Assembly: GCA_965231145.1 (NCBI GenBank)
Contig: OZ246420.1
Coordinates: 990,001 to 1,022,000 of the forward strand
DNA from: Candidatus Saccharimonadota bacterium
Lineage (GTDB): Bacteria; Patescibacteriota; Gracilibacteria; Absconditabacterales; Absconditicoccaceae
DNA length: 32,000 nt
Direction of reading: 5' to 3'
Shown here: in pieces, positions 28,406-32,000 of the stretch
Layout of the letters: each line of letters starts with the position of its first letter
How positions within the stretch are numbered: position 1 is the stretch's first letter
Made by a program: the position numbers and the translations under genes
The notes under the pieces: model-generated
Told to the model about the DNA's origin: nothing
Database searches by the model: none
The model's input: the letters and a program-made list of their open reading frames with translations, nothing else

Positions 28406-28798
28406 TTAAATAAGTCTTACGAGCACTTTTTCTGCACCATCACCAACTCTATGCCCCATTTTATAGTCAGCAACATAACCACTCTTCTTACCTGCTGCCT
28501 TATATTTAGGCATAAGTTCGTCAACAACCTTCTTTCCTTCAGCTTCAGAAAAAATAATAGATTTTACTATTCTGATAGCTTCTCTTCTTACGTCCTTTTC
28601 ATCAGCGTACATGTCAAACAAACTTACAAGTCTTGAAAAAAACTTGTCTGCTTCTGACTTGATAACTTTTGCACGCTTGCTTGTTGTTGTCATCTCACCT
28701 GTTCTGATAAGATTTGTAAGAAGCGTTCTGATAAGGTTTGATCTCGTCTGGTGTTCACCAGTAGTAAGCTCGATCAACTTGTTATGCTTATGTCTCAT
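28406..28798 (-). CDS. rplQ: 50S ribosomal protein L17
   Basis: MRHKHNKLIELTTGEHQTRSNLIRTLLTNLIRTGEMTTTSKRAKV matches the L17 N-terminus (MRH.....L.R....R.A...NL). The gene follows rpoA. Confidence 0.92.
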   Translation of the reverse strand: MRHKHNKLIELTTGEHQTRSNLIRTLLTNLIRTGEMTTTSKRAKVIKSEADKFFSRLVSLFDMYADEKDVRREAIRIVKSIIFSEAEGKKVVDELMPKYKAAGKKSGYVADYKMGHRVGDGAEKVLVRLI

Positions 28799-28832
28799 CT
28801 TTGTAACGTATAACGATAAATGATTCTGATCT

Positions 28833-28909
28833 AGCAGTTAGATGTTGGATTTTAGATGTTAGCATGTTTTTGCCATAATCTAATATCTACAATCTAATTG
28901 CTAGTATGT
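28833..28909. repeat. ~77-nt imperfect inverted-repeat element, copy A (rpoA-rplQ spacer)
   Basis: AGCAGTTAGATGTTGGATTTTAGATGTTAGCAT...TGCCATAATCTAATATCTACAATCTAATTGCTAGTATGT aligns at roughly 85 percent identity with 31069..31149. Its two ~30-nt halves are mutually complementary at about 21 of 30 positions, plus G-U pairs. Confidence 0.7.
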
Positions 28910-28912
28910 TTG

Positions 28913-29908
28913 TTATCCTGCGAGTCCTTTTCCGATATTTTGAAGCGATACAACGATCTCATCAATAGCCTTCTTTCCAAGACCCTTCATACTAAGAAGC
29001 TCTACCTTTCTCTTTTTCTCAAGATCTTCTACATAGAGTATAGAGTTCTTGATAAGAGCGTTTCTTGTTCTTTCACTAAGTGGAAGAGCGTCGATAGGCA
29101 TAGTCTTGATGTTCATTTCTTCTGGGAGAACAGCCTTCTCTTCATGAAGATCTTCGTACTCTACGAGCATATTGCTGTCAATGTATGCTTCGTCGAAGAC
29201 GAATAATTTTGCGTACGATGCAAGCACTTCACCCGCGAAAGACATGAACTCCTTCGGTGAAATAGATGGATATTTTGATTGTACTTCGATGATAAGGTTG
29301 TCTTTGAGACCTCCTTGGAAGTCATCAATCACTTCTTCAACTTCATATTTGACGTATTCTACAGCCTTGAAGTCATTGTCCACAAGGAGCAAATGGATAT
29401 CACTTTCTCCCATCTTTTCTTCTCTTCTTCTGAGCCGATCCACGCTATAGTAGCCGTATCCTTTTTCCACTCTGATATCAAAGATCAACTCTGTTCCTGG
29501 ATCAGATATTTCACAGAGATACGCTTCATCATCCATAACTTCTATTCCTGAAGGAAGTTTAAGATCTTTTGATGTATATGTCCCAACTCCCTTAAACTTC
29601 TGTGATACCCACTGAAGTCCTTCTACCTTATCTGAGATAGAAAAACGAAGGCTCTTAAAGTTTTGCATCATATCAATTACTGCTTCTTTCACTCCATCAA
29701 TAACGTGATACTCATGAGGTACTCATTTGATTTTCATACCAGTAATTCCACCTCCAACGTTGTATCCAAGCATGATTCTTCTCATAGCATTCCCAAGAGA
29801 ATGACCAAATCCTCTCGGAAGATAGTTTACCTCAAATCTCATAGTCGTTTCATTGACAGTGTGCGCTTTGATCTTAGGAGCACCAATATATTTTTGTATA
29901 TCCAACAT
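28913..29908 (-). CDS. rpoA: DNA-directed RNA polymerase subunit alpha, 331 aa
   Basis: Track ORFs 29723..29908 and 28913..29692 are in one frame, joined by TGA 29723-29725. The junction then reads ...GGGITGMKIK-G-VPHEYHVIDGVKEAV, the conserved I.GV.HE(F/Y) motif. The C-terminal domain contains ELLSMKGLGKKAIDEI. The stop is TAA. Confidence 0.95.
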
Positions 29909-29965
29909 CCGGCAGACGGGACAAAATATAAAAGACTATATATGACTGTGAATTGTGATACGTTA

Positions 29966-30583
29966 TTAAGCTCTCGCGTAGAATTCAATAACCTTAAGGA
30001 CGTCAGCTGGAAGTTGCATTTCAGATACGTCTGGAAGGTCAAGAACTTCTATGCTCTTATCTCCCTTGCTGATCTTTAACCATGCAATTTTGCTATCTGC
30101 ATTGTCAAATGCTCCTTGGTAAAGAGCGCTTGATGCTGCTTTATCTCTTACCTTGATAACATCTCCTGGTTCTACGTAGTATGATGGCACATTATGCTTC
30201 TGCCCGTTGAGAGAAAAGTGTCCATGTACAACCATTTGTCTTGCTTGCATGATAGTTTTTGCAAGTCCAGCTCTTACAAGTACGCTGTCCATTCTTCTTT
30301 CAAGGAACTGTACAAGTGCCTTATCATGATTTGTACCTTTATTTTTAGCATATCTGAGAGACGTTACAGAAACGAGCTTTCTGAACTGTTTTTCAGCCAT
30401 AAAGTACATTCTCTTAAGCACCTGCTTATTTCTCAGCATTTTACCGTACTCAGAAAGTCTTGGCATATTCGCGCCATGCTGACCAGGTACTCCTCTTCTT
30501 TTCTTCACGTCATATTTTGGCACGCCGAAAAGATTGATTCCTTCTCTTCTTGCTAATTTAAATTTAGGTCCTGTATATTTCAT
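29966..30583 (-). CDS. rpsD: 30S ribosomal protein S4
   Basis: MKYTGPKFKLARREGINLF...YGKMLRNKQVLKRMY...LERRMDSVLVRAGLAKTIMQARQMVVHGHFSLNG contains the S4 N-terminus and the S4 RNA-binding domain. Confidence 0.95.
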   Translation of the reverse strand: MKYTGPKFKLARREGINLFGVPKYDVKKRRGVPGQHGANMPRLSEYGKMLRNKQVLKRMYFMAEKQFRKLVSVTSLRYAKNKGTNHDKALVQFLERRMDSVLVRAGLAKTIMQARQMVVHGHFSLNGQKHNVPSYYVEPGDVIKVRDKAASSALYQGAFDNADSKIAWLKISKGDKSIEVLDLPDVSEMQLPADVLKVIEFYARA

Positions 30584-30631
30584 GTGTAAATACGTAGCAT
30601 TATAAATAATAAAACAGCTATCCTATATTTA

Positions 30632-31033
30632 TTACATTCTCTTTGGTCTGATTCCCTTACATCCCCCGAACTGGATAGATGTTTCTTCCTTGATATACAG
30701 GATATCAATAAGTCCAAGGTCATTGATGGCTTTGAAAACCCCATCTCTTCCCATACCAGCACCTCTGAAGATGATACCAACCTGTTTGAGTCCTCTGTCA
30801 TCTCTTGCTTCTTTCATCACATTTTTTGTGAGCATCTCTGCAGCGTATGGAGTGTTTTCTTTTGCTCCCTTAAACCCCGCACTTCCTGTACCAGCTCCTG
30901 AAATCTTATTACCCTTCTCATCAGTCAGCGTAACGATAGTGTTGTTTTCAGTTGTTTTTACGTAAAGCAAACCAGAAGAGATCTTCGTCCCCTTCTTTTT
31001 CTTTACTTTTTCTTTTACTGGTGTTGTTGCCAT
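30632..31033 (-). CDS. rpsK: 30S ribosomal protein S11
   Basis: ...NNTIVTLTDEKGNKISGAGTGSAGFKGAKENTPYAAE...PGMGRD-like GAGMGRDGVFKAI...DETSIQFGGCKGIRPKR is the S11 signature. Confidence 0.95.
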   Translation of the reverse strand: MATTPVKEKVKKKKGTKISSGLLYVKTTENNTIVTLTDEKGNKISGAGTGSAGFKGAKENTPYAAEMLTKNVMKEARDDRGLKQVGIIFRGAGMGRDGVFKAINDLGLIDILYIKEETSIQFGGCKGIRPKRM

Positions 31034-31068
31034 CTACATTAAACAATGGAATTAAAAAACATTTATAG

Positions 31069-31149
31069 AGCAGTTCGATATTGAATATTAGAGGTTAGCA
31101 TTGCAATATTGCCAATATCTAATATCTATAATCTAATTGCTGAGTATGT
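31069..31149. repeat. ~81-nt imperfect inverted-repeat element, copy B (rpsM-rpsK spacer)
   Basis: AGCAGTTCGATATTGAATATTAGAGGTTAGCAT...TGCCAATATCTAATATCTATAATCTAATTGCTGAGTATGT is the homologue of 28833..28909. It ends 2 nt before the rpsM stop codon. Confidence 0.7.
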
Positions 31150-31150
31150 A

Positions 31151-31525
31151 TTATTTCTTGAGAACTGGTCTTACCTTTGCTCTACCAAGAAGTTTCTTTG
31201 CTGTACGTCCATTTTTCCTTGTTGCCTGACCTCTTACAGGGAGACCCATATTGTGTCTCATTCCTCTGTAGCACTTAATTTCCTTCAATCTTTTGATGAA
31301 AGCATTTACTTCACGCTTCAAATCATTTTCCAAAAGATAATCTTTGAGTGCATCAGTGATCTTCTTCTCTTCCTCCGATGAAATTTCTTTCACCTTCTTA
31401 AAAGGATCAATACCAAGCTCTCCAAGAATCTTCTGAGATCTTGATCTTCCGATACCATAGACAGCCGTAAGACCTATCCAAATATTTTTCTGCTCTGGGA
31501 TGACGTGTCCTTGAATTCTTAACAT
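31151..31525 (-). CDS. rpsM: 30S ribosomal protein S13
   Basis: MLRIQGHVIPEQKNIWIGLTAVYGIGRSRSQKIL...YRGMRHNMGLPVRGQATRKNGRT is S13. I prefer the ATG at 31523-31525 (MLRIQG...) over the track start at 31555, which adds 10 non-conserved residues. Confidence 0.92.
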   Translation of the reverse strand: MLRIQGHVIPEQKNIWIGLTAVYGIGRSRSQKILGELGIDPFKKVKEISSEEEKKITDALKDYLLENDLKREVNAFIKRLKEIKCYRGMRHNMGLPVRGQATRKNGRTAKKLLGRAKVRPVLKK

Positions 31526-31619
31526 AATGGAAGTTGTATGAATATAAATAAACATAATTACAAATTACCAATCTCTCATTACTAATTTCATAGTAATTAA
31601 TAATTAGTAATTAGGTTTG

Positions 31620-31733
31620 TTACCCCTGTCTTTGCTTATGTTTTACATTTTCACAAATGACGCGGACAGTTCCTTTTCTCTTGATGATTTTGCATTTGTT
31701 ACAAATGGCTTTGATAGATGCTCTTACTTTCAT
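31620..31733 (-). CDS. rpmJ: 50S ribosomal protein L36, 37 aa (not in the ORF track)
   Basis: The reverse-complement translation [37 protein letters not shown] is the canonical L36 sequence with its CxxC...C...H zinc ribbon. It runs from ATG 31731-31733 to TAA 31620-31622. Confidence 0.93.
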   Translation of the reverse strand: MKVRASIKAICNKCKIIKRKGTVRVICENVKHKQRQG

Positions 31734-31773
31734 CGTAGAACGAATATGATTTAGGTAAATAGAGTCTGAAGTA

Positions 31774-32000
31774 TTATGCTGCTTTTCTCAGTCACGGATC
31801 TGGAGCAAGAGGAATTGTTTTTCCTTGCACACCAGCATCTGTTTGAGCGGCAGGTCTTGGTTTATCTTTACTATGTCTGTAGATGATACGTCACTTAGTA
31901 GGTTCGTAGGGACTGAGCTCTACATCAACACTATCACCTGGAAGGATACCGATTCTATGATTTCTCATCTTTCCTGCAGCCACGGCATTGACGTCGAGTC
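31774..32000 (-). CDS. infA: Translation initiation factor IF-1 (5' end beyond the right edge) with a C-terminal extension
   Basis: The frame reads ...[35 protein letters not shown]..., with the conserved Gly encoded by TGA 31891-31893. It continues through TGA 31792-31794 to TAA 31774-31776. Confidence 0.85.

Noticed and set aside
1-32000. The alternative explanation that TGA encodes Trp (table 4, as in Mycoplasma and some other reduced genomes) or selenocysteine.
   Set aside because: The TGA positions coincide with invariant Gly residues (KPGITG, GRIIYR, I.GV.HEY, G.xHQIR), and three TGA codons sit inside a GGN poly-Gly run. With 54 occurrences and no SECIS-like context, selenocysteine is implausible.
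26340-32000. Unusual gene order: adk lies downstream of rplM-rpsI and across an opposite-strand cspA, instead of between secY and infA. rplM-rpsI are fused directly behind rplQ.
   Set aside because: This is a real observation, but operon shuffling of this kind is common in reduced genomes. The region upstream of infA is outside the window, so nothing further can be concluded.
1-32000. A search by eye for CRISPR arrays, tRNA, rRNA, integrons, reverse transcriptase/DGR, or toxin-antitoxin pairs.
   Set aside because: I saw no regularly spaced direct repeats of 25-40 nt, no cloverleaf-compatible GC-rich 70-90 nt islands in the spacers, and no RT or integrase motifs. tRNAscan-SE and Infernal would be needed to exclude small RNAs formally.

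Overview
This AT-rich bacterial window only makes sense under translation table 25 (TGA = Gly). At least 54 in-frame TGA codons sit inside otherwise continuous genes. Many fall at conserved glycines (RpoA, IF-1, an RluA-type synthase, a polyprenyl glycosylphosphotransferase, CutA), and three sit inside a GGN poly-Gly run. Every CDS I call ends in TAA or TAG. This points to a Gracilibacteria (BD1-5) / Absconditabacteria (SR1)-type CPR/Patescibacteria genome, and most fragments in the supplied ORF track are pieces of larger genes. After re-joining I call 26 CDS. They are mutS (5' part), a RAYT/IS200-like HUH transposase carrying related hairpins, and three orphan genes, one of them a DUF4407-like membrane/coiled-coil protein. 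Next come an nrdB-nrdA pair preceded by two NrdR-like boxes, whose R2 looks class Ic-like (Phe at the radical-Tyr position). Then follow a tandem pair of giant genes (a 1339-aa protein with no recognisable domain and a 1482-aa secreted DUF11-repeat/Cys-rich protein), a WbaP-like sugar transferase, cutA, two membrane-anchored orphans, an RluA-family pseudouridine synthase, a secreted beta-propeller protein, adk and cspA. The window ends with the ribosomal block infA-rpmJ-rpsM-rpsK-rpsD-rpoA-rplQ-rplM-rpsI. I recognised no rRNA, tRNA or CRISPR array. The items most worth follow-up are the giant-gene pair, the hairpins embedded in the transposase gene, the R2c-like RNR, and three families of short intergenic repeats, including an ~80-nt inverted-repeat element present twice in ribosomal-operon spacers. 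All coordinates and translations were derived by hand from the sequence. Family assignments rest on remembered motifs, not on searches.
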